NCBI GenBank assembly: GCA_017436325.1
Contig: JAFSDI010000002.1
Location: forward strand, 35,457-99,456
Reading direction: 5' to 3'
Length of the DNA: 64,000 nt
From: Alphaproteobacteria bacterium
GTDB taxonomy: Bacteria; Pseudomonadota; Alphaproteobacteria; Rs-D84
Part shown: piece by piece, positions 29,312-40,200 of the stretch
How the letters are laid out: every line of letters begins with the position of its first letter
Position numbering within the stretch: the first letter of the stretch is position 1
The notes under the pieces: generated by a model
Database searches by the model: none
The model's input: only the letters and a program-made list of their open reading frames with translations
What the model was told of the DNA's origin: nothing
Translations under genes and position numbers: made by a program

Positions 29312-30523
29312 TTATCTGCGTGGTCCGCCGCGCATTGGGTTCATAGATTGTGTTTGATTCGTTGATTTAGCGCCGTTTTTTCCGACTATTATCTTGTCAC
29401 CCATTTTGATTTCGTCTGATATTATTTCTGTTTCTGTTGCGGTGCTTAAACCCTTGGTATATGGGATTAATACAATCTCATCATTACGCAAGATTGCCAT
29501 ATGGCTGGCTGGTGTTGCGCCATTCGCGTTTTCGATAAAGTTATCAAAGCTGCGAACCAAGAAAGCTGCGTTTGGTGCTTTCCATATATTATCGCGTTCT
29601 GAAATAATAATTGTGACGAATGCAGTCATACCTGGCATTAACCGCAGGTCAGAATTATCGACATCGATTACAACTGTATAAACAACGACATTTGATGTGG
29701 TTGTTGGTGACAATCTTATTTGTTTAACAACGCCATTAAATGTTTCTGTTGGATATGCATCGACTGTAAAAGATACCGGCTGATTGTCTTTGATTACCCC
29801 GATATCAGCTTCTGAAACTGCTGTTTCGATTTGCATTTTAGTAAGGTCTTCTGCGATTTCGAATAAATCAGGTGTTTGAAATGATGCTGCCACAGTTTGT
29901 CCGACATCAACCTTGCGCGATATTACTGTCCCATCTACAGGTGAAGAAATTGTCGCATACCCCAGATTAGTGACAGCACGGTCATACTGTGATTGCATAC
30001 GATTGACTGATTGTTCGGCTTGTTCGTATGCAGCTTCTGATTTTTCCATTTCTGCGCGTGATATAAAACCTTCGTCATATAAGTATTCATTTCTTTCAAA
30101 TTCGCTTTTTGCCAAATCGCGTTGAGAGATTGCACTATCCAGCGATGCTTTTGCTTCATTAACAGATGCCTGTAATACAGACGGTTCTATTGTTAATAAT
30201 ATATCACCTTTTTTCACCTTTGAATTAAAGTCAACATACAGATTATCAATGGTTCCAGACACTTGTGAACCGACATTAACTGTATTAACAGGTTTGATTT
30301 CGCCGGTTGCACTGACGACTTGTTTCAGGTCGCCGTGGGTTATATTAACGGTCACGAACTCATTTTTCTTATCTGTGCTGTCCCCAAAGAAAATTTTTAT
30401 TCCGACAAAAACAGAAATCAATAACAAAATCCACCATTTTTTTTGCCAAATAAACCTAAATACTTTCTTTATAAAAGATGTTTTTTTTACATTTGGATTA
30501 TTTGGTGTTATCTTTTTTTTCAT
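29312..30523 (-). CDS. HlyD/MFP-family periplasmic adaptor subunit (efflux or type I secretion).
   Basis: An N-terminal transmembrane segment is followed by a biotinyl/lipoyl-like hairpin and a coiled coil. It overlaps tolC by 4 nt. Confidence 0.8.
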   Translation of the reverse strand: MKKKITPNNPNVKKTSFIKKVFRFIWQKKWWILLLISVFVGIKIFFGDSTDKKNEFVTVNITHGDLKQVVSATGEIKPVNTVNVGSQVSGTIDNLYVDFNSKVKKGDILLTIEPSVLQASVNEAKASLDSAISQRDLAKSEFERNEYLYDEGFISRAEMEKSEAAYEQAEQSVNRMQSQYDRAVTNLGYATISSPVDGTVISRKVDVGQTVAASFQTPDLFEIAEDLTKMQIETAVSEADIGVIKDNQPVSFTVDAYPTETFNGVVKQIRLSPTTTSNVVVYTVVIDVDNSDLRLMPGMTAFVTIIISERDNIWKAPNAAFLVRSFDNFIENANGATPASHMAILRNDEIVLIPYTKGLSTATETEIISDEIKMGDKIIVGKNGAKSTNQTQSMNPMRGGPRR

Positions 30524-31848
30524 TCGTCATCTCCATCGTTTAACTTTAATTTTAATTCACCGACTGCCAATGCGACTGCAGCGCGTTTAGTGAATAAGTC
30601 GTATTTTGCAGCGTTATTTTGTTTTTCTGCATCGACCAGTTCTGACTGTGCGGTTTGCCAATCCAGCATAGTTGCGCGCCCTACCTTATACATACCGGCT
30701 GTTACTTTTTCGCTTTCTGTTGCCGATTTTAACAGTGTTTCAGATTGTTTCAGAACATTTTGTGCCGTTTTATAGTTGTGATATGCGGTAAAGATATCCA
30801 GTGATGCATTATCATTTACGGCACGTTCTTGTTCGACTGCGCGTTCATAGTTATATTGTGCAGCGCGTGCATTATACATATTTGCGAAACCAGAAAACAA
30901 CGGCATAGATGCCCTGATACCGATACTGCCACTTATATTGTCTTGCCCTGCCCCGAATGTTTCGCTTGGTTGATTGTTCCAAGAAATTGAACCAGACGCA
31001 GAAATTGTTGGCAGATTGCTAAGCAAAAGGCTGTTTCTGCGATACCATGCAGAATCTTTATTTGCTGTTGCGCGTAATATATCTGGTCTTGTTTTTTGTG
31101 CTTGTTCAAACAGTTCATCCAGTGTTTGTGTTTCTTGTGGCGTTCCTATTTCAGACGGCAGGTCTTTGATAGTTATTTCTTGGTCTGCTGGGAAAGACAG
31201 TTTGCTAAGCAGTGTTCCTTGTGCAATCTTAAGATTATTTTTTGCACGTTCCAAATCTAAGTCACGACTGGCCAATGTTGTATCTGCGCGCAATACATCG
31301 GCCTTAGCCACTGCGCCGGCTTTGAATTTTTTTTGTGCTGTATCATGTGCTGTTTTTGCGACCTTGTGCAGCATTTCTGCGGATTTAACATCGGCCTGTG
31401 CTTTTAACAGATTATAATAAGAACCAATAACGGAATAAACATAATTTTGAACACTTTCATCATAGTCAAAACCACTTGCCCGCCATGCCGCCACTGATTG
31501 GTTTACATCATTAAGTCTTTTTCCAAAATCAAATATCAGATAAGATGCCGACAATGATGCACCATAAGACCAATCGCCCCATTTTTCATTACGATATGGC
31601 AGTGACGCATTTCCAGATAAATTAACACTTGGTAAATAGTCTGCATAACTTGCGTTTTTTGACATTCTTGCAGATTCATAAGACAGGAATGCAGCGGCAG
31701 TCTGTGGGTTTCTGCACAATCCTAAATCGATAACTTGTCTTAAATCCATCGCTTCATTTGGCACAGACATTCGTGTCATACATTCATCAAATGCTGCATT
31801 TGCAACAAAAGGATATAAAAAAGCAAGTAAAAACATAGTATATTTCAT
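30520..31848 (-). CDS. TolC-family outer membrane channel.
   Basis: It has a signal peptide and two OEP repeats. Confidence 0.8.
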   Translation of the reverse strand: MKYTMFLLAFLYPFVANAAFDECMTRMSVPNEAMDLRQVIDLGLCRNPQTAAAFLSYESARMSKNASYADYLPSVNLSGNASLPYRNEKWGDWSYGASLSASYLIFDFGKRLNDVNQSVAAWRASGFDYDESVQNYVYSVIGSYYNLLKAQADVKSAEMLHKVAKTAHDTAQKKFKAGAVAKADVLRADTTLASRDLDLERAKNNLKIAQGTLLSKLSFPADQEITIKDLPSEIGTPQETQTLDELFEQAQKTRPDILRATANKDSAWYRRNSLLLSNLPTISASGSISWNNQPSETFGAGQDNISGSIGIRASMPLFSGFANMYNARAAQYNYERAVEQERAVNDNASLDIFTAYHNYKTAQNVLKQSETLLKSATESEKVTAGMYKVGRATMLDWQTAQSELVDAEKQNNAAKYDLFTKRAAVALAVGELKLKLNDGDDE

Positions 31849-31939
31849 AAAAAATCTCTCTCTAATAATTTTATTTTAATAATACTAATTTTTCAGTTGA
31901 AATACAATTATTTTTTGCGTAATATAACCATACCTTGAT

Positions 31940-32013
31940 GGCCTGGTGGCAGAGTGGTTATGCAGAGGACTGCAAATCCTTCTATGCCGGTTCGATTCCG
32001 ACCCAGGCCTCCA
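31940..32013 (+). tRNA. tRNA-Cys (GCA).
   Basis: The acceptor is GGCCUGG/CCAGGCC with discriminator U and CCA, and the anticodon loop is CUGCAAA. Confidence 0.88.
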
Positions 32014-32067
32014 AAATTAGAAAAACAGCCCTTGCGGCCGTTTTTTTTATTTTGTATTATCGTCATT

Positions 32068-33147
32068 ATGATAACGACATTAAGCCTAACAGATTTCAGA
32101 AATCATAAAACCAGCAGAATAGATACCTGTGGTTGCCAGAATATAATAATAACTGGGCCAAATGGTTCTGGCAAAACCGCAATACTAGAAGCGGTTTCAA
32201 TGCTGTCTGGTGAACGTGGTATGCGTGGTGCATCGATGTCAGATATGGCGCGTTTTGGCGGAAATGGTGGTTTTAGTGTGTTTGCGAACCTATCAGATGA
32301 AACAGAATTATCGGTCAGTTTTAATAATGGTGATACAAATCGCCGTGCCAGAATCGATGGTGACAGCGCCGCATTATCAGATTTATCAAAGCATATGCGC
32401 ATTGTTTGGTTGACCCCAAAAGAAGATAGGTTGTTTGTCGACAGTGCGTCTGACAGGCGTTCGTTTTTTGACAGACTGGTATCCAGTTTTGATTCTGCGC
32501 ATTCTGGTCGTACTGCCAGATTATCAAAGTTATTAACAGAACGTGCATTCGCATTAAAAAATGGTTCAGATTCAAATTGGTTAAATGCGCTGGATGTTCA
32601 GATTGCAGGCATATCTGTTGCGATATCTGTTGCGCGCATTCAATATGCGGGTCAGTTAAATTATTTTTTATCGCGTTGTGCGGTATCTGTTTCTGGTATG
32701 ACCGAACAGATGTTAATAGATGGAATGACTGCAGGTGATGCAGAACGTGCATATTTATCATACTTACAGGATAATCGTGTATTATGTGGTGATAAAATGA
32801 TACTTGATGGCCCGCATAAATCTGATTTTGGTGTTTATAATCAAGAACTTGGATTACCGGCATATTTAACCAGCACCGGTCAACAAAAAACAGTTTTAAT
32901 AGACCTGATATTGGCGCATGCGAAACTAGTATTTACAAAAACATCAAATCGCGTAATAGTTCTTTTGGACGAGGCTGCAGCCCACCTAGATTCATTTGCA
33001 CGATTAAATATGTTTACCTCTCTTGGGAAATCACAGGCGCAAGTTTGGGCGACTGGCCTTGACCCAGATGTATTTAAAAACGTACCAAATGCAAAATTTG
33101 TTGCTTGCCTTGATGGTGGAATAAATAATATACTACAGCCGGAGTAA
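32068..33147 (+). CDS. recF: DNA replication and repair protein RecF.
   Basis: The Walker A motif GPNGSGKTAILEAV is present. The start was moved to the Met downstream of tRNA-Cys. The gene is not in a dnaA-dnaN context. Confidence 0.85.
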   Translation: MITTLSLTDFRNHKTSRIDTCGCQNIIITGPNGSGKTAILEAVSMLSGERGMRGASMSDMARFGGNGGFSVFANLSDETELSVSFNNGDTNRRARIDGDSAALSDLSKHMRIVWLTPKEDRLFVDSASDRRSFFDRLVSSFDSAHSGRTARLSKLLTERAFALKNGSDSNWLNALDVQIAGISVAISVARIQYAGQLNYFLSRCAVSVSGMTEQMLIDGMTAGDAERAYLSYLQDNRVLCGDKMILDGPHKSDFGVYNQELGLPAYLTSTGQQKTVLIDLILAHAKLVFTKTSNRVIVLLDEAAAHLDSFARLNMFTSLGKSQAQVWATGLDPDVFKNVPNAKFVACLDGGINNILQPE

Positions 33148-33152
33148 AAAAT

Positions 33153-33617
33153 ATGTCAAAAATTGATTATCAAACATTATTAGACAATGCGCTAAAGTCT
33201 GTTGTCAAAGATGCCTTAATTCACGCACAATTTAATGGCTTGGGTGATGGTACACATTTTTATATAACATTTCGCACACGTGATAATGGTGTGGTATTGC
33301 CTGATTTCCTGCGTATACGTTATCCTGATTTAATGACGATAGTATTGCAGTATTCTTACAATAATCTAAATGTTTCGGACAAAGAATTTGGTGTTCAGCT
33401 AACATTTGATGGTCGCCCATTTTTTATACGCGTTCCATTTTCTGCGCTGGTTGAATTCAAAGACCCATCTGTTGATTTTATGTTATCGTTTCAGAATATG
33501 GCGCAACCAAATAACGAAAATACAGATATAGAATTACCACTAGAAGAAAGGTCAGATACTATCCCAGACCCAGGTCGGGTTGTATCGTTGGATGATTTTA
33601 GACGTAATAAAAAATAA
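33153..33617 (+). CDS. SspB-like ClpXP adaptor (stringent starvation protein B family).
   Basis: The pattern P..L.I.YP....IVL...NL.V.D..F...L.F.G....I.VPF.A...F matches SspB spacing. Confidence 0.45.
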   Translation: MSKIDYQTLLDNALKSVVKDALIHAQFNGLGDGTHFYITFRTRDNGVVLPDFLRIRYPDLMTIVLQYSYNNLNVSDKEFGVQLTFDGRPFFIRVPFSALVEFKDPSVDFMLSFQNMAQPNNENTDIELPLEERSDTIPDPGRVVSLDDFRRNKK

Positions 33618-33666
33618 CAGGACTTAACAGTCCTGTTATATTATAGACCAATCTGGAACAATGAAT

Positions 33667-34395
33667 TTATAAATCTTTCCAATGGCAAATAACGATTGCG
33701 TGTTCTGTATCGCCGGTTTTGATTTTGTGTCGACTAACCAGTCCATCAATCATAACATCTATACAGACTTCTGGTGCGTCTGGTTTTATTTCTTTTTTAA
33801 AGTTAATATCAATTTTTGCTAATTTATGTTGATTTCTGTATTCATATCCGACACTTTCGGTTGCCCATACAGCATAGATAGCATTATTTATATGTTGATT
33901 AACATCTATATCATCAAATCTGCACTTAAAAATATGCGTTTTATTAGTTTCAAAGTCTGGGAATTTTTCAAATGCGCAATTATATGCACGGTTATGCACA
34001 ATAACATCAGATGACAAGTGTTTTTCCAACGCTAATGGTCTGCGACTGGTTAAATCAATTAAAATCCATTGTGATGTTGCGCGTACTACCAGACGACCAT
34101 CTGCCCCCCGTACTTCAAAATCACGTGTTGCACGTAAAGCGTCTTGACAAGATGGCCATGTGGCAAAGGTCAGTTCTTCACCTTCGTGTGGCAGTTCAAT
34201 AATATCGACCAGATAATACATAACAACCCATCCGATATTATTTTCAAGACAATATGTTCGCCCGCATCCCAGAATTTCTGCGTGTCTGTCCGCGATAGAT
34301 TGTAATTCATTCATCAATATCAGCGGTCTTACATTTCCGTATCTATCACACTGATAGGCCTGTAAAGTACGTTTTTCAACCAGTTTTTCTGCCAT
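33667..34395 (-). CDS. Acyl-ACP thioesterase (FatA/FatB-type, double hotdog fold).
   Basis: The DIDVNQHINNAIY motif (NQHVNN) is present at about 240 aa. The start was moved to the internal Met. Confidence 0.6.
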   Translation of the reverse strand: MAEKLVEKRTLQAYQCDRYGNVRPLILMNELQSIADRHAEILGCGRTYCLENNIGWVVMYYLVDIIELPHEGEELTFATWPSCQDALRATRDFEVRGADGRLVVRATSQWILIDLTSRRPLALEKHLSSDVIVHNRAYNCAFEKFPDFETNKTHIFKCRFDDIDVNQHINNAIYAVWATESVGYEYRNQHKLAKIDINFKKEIKPDAPEVCIDVMIDGLVSRHKIKTGDTEHAIVICHWKDL

Positions 34396-34405
34396 GGTAT
34401 TTTTT

Positions 34406-36811
34406 TTAGCCTTGTATATTATTTTGTGCAACAATAAAATCCAACGTATCACCAACCTGAATATCGTTTGCGCGTGCGGCTGATTTAATCAATCCATGCA
34501 GTACGGTTGGTACATCAGATGGTATCACAAGGGTTTCTAGTTTTGCGCCATTTCCAATTTTGCGTTCAGTTCGCATACCACGAATATTCTTCAATATTTC
34601 TAATGCAATATCCATCATAGAAACGTCTGTATTATATTCAGAAATGACATCTGGATACGCGGTAAGGTGTAATGTTTCGCCACCTTCGGCTGGCTTGTAA
34701 ATTTGTTGCCATAATTCTTCGGTCAAGAATGGTATAAACGGTGCATACAGCCCAATTATTGCACGCAGAACGGTATAAAGTGTCCATTGTGCAGACAGTT
34801 TTGATTCTGTGCTATATTTTTCAGGTGCCCAGAAACGGTCTTTGATAAATTCCAGATATTGGTCGCAGAATATATCCCAAAAGAAAGTATCAATTGCGGC
34901 GCGTGAATTATAGTTATCATATTTATCTAAATGTTTGCGTACTTCTGCAACTGTTTTATTTAATTCAGACAAAACCCATCTATCTTCGATAAATCTTTCA
35001 GTTACTGGGATTTGTTTTGCGGTATTTGGTTCAAAGTCAGACAAGTTCATCAAAGTATATTTTGCCGCGTTCCATAATTTTGTAAGTAATTTAGAACCAC
35101 GTTTTACTTCATCATCTGAATATCTGATATCTGTACCGATTGGCGCAGTTGCAATCCAATATCGCAACGCGTCAACACCAAATTTTTCAACTGTATCTAA
35201 TGGGTCTGTACCGTTTCCCTTGGTTTTGGACATTTTTTGTCCTTTGGAATCGCGAACCAAACCGTGAAAGTTCACTGTTTTAAAAGGCACTTGTCCCATG
35301 ACATAGATACCCATCATCACCATACGTGCAACCCAAAAGAAAATGATATCAGCCGCAGTATACAACAAATCTGTCGGATAATATTTATTTAGTTCCAATG
35401 TATCTGTTGGCCAACCCAGTGTTGAAAAAGGCCATAATCCAGATGAAAACCAAGTATCTAATACGTCTGGGTCACGTGTAAGTTCTTTGCCACCTGACAT
35501 TTCGATTGCGGCTGCTTCTGTTTCTGCAACGTATACATTACCATCTGCATCGTACCACGCAGGTATATGATGTCCCCACCACAGTTGACGTGAAATAGTC
35601 CATGGGCGAATATTTTTCATCCATGCCATAAACAAGTTATATCTGTGTTCTGGCATAAATTTAATTTCACCATTTTCAACGGCTTTTATTGCTGGGATTG
35701 CCAGTTTTTCTGCATCAACAAACCATTGGTCTGTCAGGTATGGTTCTACTGGAACTTGTGCGCGTTCAGAATATGGTGTTGGGATTATTTTATCTTCAAT
35801 TTTCACCAACAGTCCTGCTGCATCGATATCTGCTACAATTGCTTCGCGTGCCTTATACCTATCCATTCCGCGATATTTTTCAGGAACAACAGGATTGTCA
35901 TTTAATTTCGCATCTGGTGTCAAAATACATACTGGTTTCAGATTGTGACGAACACCAACTTCCCAGTCGTCAAAGTCGTGTGCAGGTGTAATTTTCACAG
36001 CGCCTGTTCCTTTTTCTGGGTCTGCGTGTTCATCAGCGATGATTGGTATTTCGATATTTGTCAGTGGAATAATTGCGTATTGTCCGACCAGATGTTTTAG
36101 TTTTTCATTTTCTGGGTGAACTGCAATTGCCTGGTCGCCAAAGAGGGTTTCTGGACGTGTAGTTGCAATTTCAATAACACCACCACCAACCAATTGATAA
36201 TTAAAGTAGTAAAATTTACCTTTTTCTTCCCGTGTTTCTATTTCTAAATCAGATATAGATGTCATTTGTTTAGGACACCAGTTTACAAGACGTTTTTCAC
36301 GATAGATTAATCCTTCGTTATACATTTTCACGAATAGTTTGGTGACTGCTGCAGACAGCCCGTCATCCATAGTAAATCTTTCGCGTTGCCAAACAGGTGT
36401 CAATCCCAAAATATGCAATTGGTTCATAATCTGACCACCTTTATCAGCTTTCCATTTCCATGCCGCATCTAGTTTTTCCTGCAAGGACAAGCTGTGCGGA
36501 TTGATTCCGCGTTTTGACAGGTCGCGTTCAACCAACAATTGTGTTGCAATAGATGCATGGTCTGTCCCTGGTTGCCACAAGACATCAAATCCGGCCATAC
36601 GTTTATATCTGCATATAATATCGGTCAAAACATTATCCAACGCGTGGCCCATATGCAGGCTTCCAGTTACGTTTGGTGGTGGCATCATAATGCAAAATGC
36701 GGGCTTATCTGAATTTACATCATTGTTCCAGAAATTATTCTTGTCCCAAAATTCTTGGATTCTTGATTCTATTTCGCGCGGATTAATATTTTTGCCTAGT
36801 TCGATATTCAT
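34406..36811 (-). CDS. valS: Valine--tRNA ligase in a short form of about 800 aa that lacks the C-terminal coiled-coil.
   Basis: PPPNVTGSLHMGHA and KMSKTKGN are present. Confidence 0.88.
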   Translation of the reverse strand: MNIELGKNINPREIESRIQEFWDKNNFWNNDVNSDKPAFCIMMPPPNVTGSLHMGHALDNVLTDIICRYKRMAGFDVLWQPGTDHASIATQLLVERDLSKRGINPHSLSLQEKLDAAWKWKADKGGQIMNQLHILGLTPVWQRERFTMDDGLSAAVTKLFVKMYNEGLIYREKRLVNWCPKQMTSISDLEIETREEKGKFYYFNYQLVGGGVIEIATTRPETLFGDQAIAVHPENEKLKHLVGQYAIIPLTNIEIPIIADEHADPEKGTGAVKITPAHDFDDWEVGVRHNLKPVCILTPDAKLNDNPVVPEKYRGMDRYKAREAIVADIDAAGLLVKIEDKIIPTPYSERAQVPVEPYLTDQWFVDAEKLAIPAIKAVENGEIKFMPEHRYNLFMAWMKNIRPWTISRQLWWGHHIPAWYDADGNVYVAETEAAAIEMSGGKELTRDPDVLDTWFSSGLWPFSTLGWPTDTLELNKYYPTDLLYTAADIIFFWVARMVMMGIYVMGQVPFKTVNFHGLVRDSKGQKMSKTKGNGTDPLDTVEKFGVDALRYWIATAPIGTDIRYSDDEVKRGSKLLTKLWNAAKYTLMNLSDFEPNTAKQIPVTERFIEDRWVLSELNKTVAEVRKHLDKYDNYNSRAAIDTFFWDIFCDQYLEFIKDRFWAPEKYSTESKLSAQWTLYTVLRAIIGLYAPFIPFLTEELWQQIYKPAEGGETLHLTAYPDVISEYNTDVSMMDIALEILKNIRGMRTERKIGNGAKLETLVIPSDVPTVLHGLIKSAARANDIQVGDTLDFIVAQNNIQG

Positions 36812-36981
36812 ATTAATTATCCTGTTGTTTTTTTCATAACTTATAAGCAAATCCTATCAGAATAAAATAAAAATTCAAGAAAAAGACCATAATCACAACG
36901 TGGTGTAAGAACACGAAAAAATTAAAAAGAAAAAAACAACTGGAATTTATTTTTTGTATGGGTTATAGTGCGTTTCGCATT

Positions 36982-37057
36982 GCCGGTGTAGCTCAGTTGG
37001 TAGAGCATCTCATTCGTAATGAGGGGGTCGTAGGTTCAAGTCCTATCACCGGCACCA
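36982..37057 (+). tRNA. tRNA-Thr (CGU).
   Basis: The acceptor is GCCGGUG/CACCGGC, the anticodon loop UUCGUAA, with CCA encoded. Confidence 0.85.
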
Positions 37058-37194
37058 TATATTTAAATCCCATAGATTGGGATTTTTTTTATATATCGTG
37101 CTTGCAATTTGAATAAATACATTGTAGACTAAATGCCGATGAAACAAACAACAATAATTATTATTAAATAATGGTCGCATGCGCTTTGGCACGT

Positions 37195-37225
37195 GGCTGG
37201 GGCGCGTTTGCGCCCATTTTTAATA
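37195..37225 (+). promoter_or_regulatory. Leader hairpin with a T-tract ahead of ileS (GGGCGCG-TTT-GCGCCC, then TTTTT). It is a candidate attenuator.
   Basis: It lies 20 nt upstream of the ileS ATG. Confidence 0.3.
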
Positions 37226-37244
37226 TAAAAATCGGAGTTAAAAA

Positions 37245-40200
37245 ATGTCATATCCAAAAACAGATACAAAAGCAGACTTTACCGCGCTGGAACAACAGGT
37301 TTTGAATTATTGGCGCGAAAATAACACGTTTCATAAGTCGTTGGAACAGACAAAACGTGGTCGTCCATTTTCATTTTATGACGGGCCACCATTTGCAAAT
37401 GGTTTGCCACACTGGGGGCATCTGGGGGTTTCGGTTGTCAAAGATATGATTGCGCGTTATCAAACAATGCATGGTCGGTATGTTGTACGCGAACTGGGGT
37501 GGGACTGTCACGGGTTACCTGCCGAAAACTCTGTTGAAAAAAAGCAGGGACGCAGCGCGAAAAACATTGTTGCCTCAGATGGTATTTCTGCATTCTGTGA
37601 TATGTGTCGCACAGACGTTATGACATATGCAAATGAATGGAATCGCTTTATTACTCGTATGGGGCGCTGGGTTGATATTGGTGATGGATATGGTTATAAA
37701 ACCATGGACAAGAATTATATGGAATCCATGCTGTGGACATTAAAGTCACTGTATGAAAAAGGTTTGTTGTATAAAGATTACAGTGTTAATCCGTTTGACT
37801 GGGTAAATGGCACGGTTGTATCTAATTCCGAAGCGTCACAAGATTACCGTGAAATTGTTGATGATGCTGTGACGGTATGGTTTGAACTTGAAAATGGCGA
37901 CCGTGCGATTGCATGGACAACGACACCATGGACATTACCTGCGAACAGTGCATTGGCTGTTAACCCGAATATGACATATCTGCGTATGCAGGATACAGAT
38001 GGTGCTGTTTATATTATTGCTGAAACGCGCTTAAAGGCATATGAAAAACAGTTTTCAACAACAACAGAGGTTGGTCGTATATCTGGTGCTGAATTAGCTG
38101 GTATGCACTATAGTCCACTGTTTCCTTATTATGAAAACCCAACAGGTTTGTTGTATCAGGTAATTCCTGCGGATTATGTATCTGATTCTGATGGTACTGG
38201 TATTGTTCATATTGCGCCGGCATATGGTGCTGACGACTTTTGGGCGGCAAAAAATATCGACCCAAAGTTCCCAGTACTGTTGAATGTTGATAATTATGGA
38301 AACTTTACAGATGATGTTTTAGATTTTGCGGGACAAAATATATTCGCAGCAACACCTGCAATTCTGGAATGGTTAAAAACAAATGGTAAATTAATCAAGA
38401 AAGAACAGTACAAGCACAGTTATCCATTTGGCGACCGCAGCAAAGAAAAATTAATTTACCGTGCGACAGATTCTTGGTATATTGATGTGCCAAAAATCAA
38501 AGATAAATTAATTGCGAATAATAATCAGGTTAATTGGACATCTGCTGGTGAACGTTTCCGTTCGTGGATAGAAGGCGCACGTCCATGGTCGATTTCACGC
38601 AATCGATTCTGGGGTATGCCGTTGCCAATCTGGGAACGTGACGGTGAATACAAAGTATTTGGTTCAATCGCAGAATTAGAAGATTTCTTTGGTGTGCCTG
38701 TTAAAGATTTGCACAGACCAACATTAGATAAACTGACCAAAGACGGCTGGACACGTATCCCTGATGTTTTGGATTGCTGGGTAGAATCAGGTTCTATGCC
38801 ATGGGCATCATTACATTATCCGTTTGAAAACCAAGATAAATTTGCAGCGACATTCCCTGCGGACTATATTATCGAAGGTCAAGATCAAACACGTGGTTGG
38901 TTTTATGCCTTGATGGTTTTAGCAACAGCATTGTTTGACAAGCCTGCATTTATGGCGGTATCGGCAAACGGTATGGTTGTTGATGAAAATAAAAAGAAGT
39001 TTTCAAAATCTTTGCGCAACTTTGTAAACCCAGCAGAACAAATCGAACAATATGGTGCGGATGCAGTTCGTTTGTTTATCTTAGGCTCTAATTTTATGAA
39101 GGCCGAACCAGTGCCTGTTGATAAAGAAGGCAAAGTTTTTGCGGAATCAACAAAAACATTACAGACGCCATTATGGAATGCGTATCATTTCTTTACATTG
39201 TACGCAAACGCAGGAAACGTTACTGCGCACGAAATGACGAATCCGGAAAATCCATTGGATAAATATATTCTGGCGGAATTGTCAGAATTGACATCGGTGG
39301 TTGATGACGCATTAAACGAATATAAACCAGATGCTGCAATCAAAGAATTTGTTCGTTTCTTGGATGTTTTGAACAACTGGTACATCCGTCGTGGACGTAC
39401 GCGTTTCTGGGACGAAGAACAGGCTGCGTTTGATACGCTGTATACAGTTCTAACTGTATTATGTCGCCTGTTGGCACCATTTGCGCCATTTATTTCAGAA
39501 TATATCTATCGCAATTTAACGGGGGCAGAATCTGTACACTTAACAGATTTTCCATCTGCAACAAATTCTGACAAGCAAATTGTTGAAGATATGCGTCGCG
39601 TACAATCTATTGTTTCTGTTGGCAAGCAATTACGCGAACAGTACAAATTACGCAACAGATTACCATTGAATTCGTTGACAGTTGCTGGTGTTTCTATGCC
39701 TGAATACAGCGATATTATCAAGGAAGAATTGAATGTTAAATCAGTTGTATTCTGTGAAACATTTGATAATGTTGCGGACAGTTTTATATATCTGATTACG
39801 CCAAAAATTGGCGCACGTCTGGGTGGTGCATTAAAAGAAATTATCCCTGCGGTAAAACGTGGCGATTATCAGATTGTCGGTGATTCTTTGGTTACAGCTG
39901 GTCATACATTGAACGCGGACGAATTTGAAAATCGCTTAACTGTTCGTGGTGGTGTATCTGGTGCGGCATTACCTGATAATACTGCTGTTATTGTTCTGGA
40001 TACAGAAGTAAGCGCGGATTTAGTTGCCGAAGGTTTGGCGAATGATGCCCTGCGTTTTATCCAAGATACGCGCAAGGCAGCCGGTCTGGATGTTTCGGAC
40101 AGGATTATGTTAACTTATTGTGCTGACCCAGCCTTGGCGAATGCGATTGAACAACATCGTAAGCGTATAATGCACGATGCGCTTATCCGTGAAATGGTTT

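Noticed and set aside
31954-32067. An N-terminal extension of recF overlapping tRNA-Cys.
   Set aside because: The extension runs through the tRNA gene and its terminator. The RecF homology begins at the Met at 32068.
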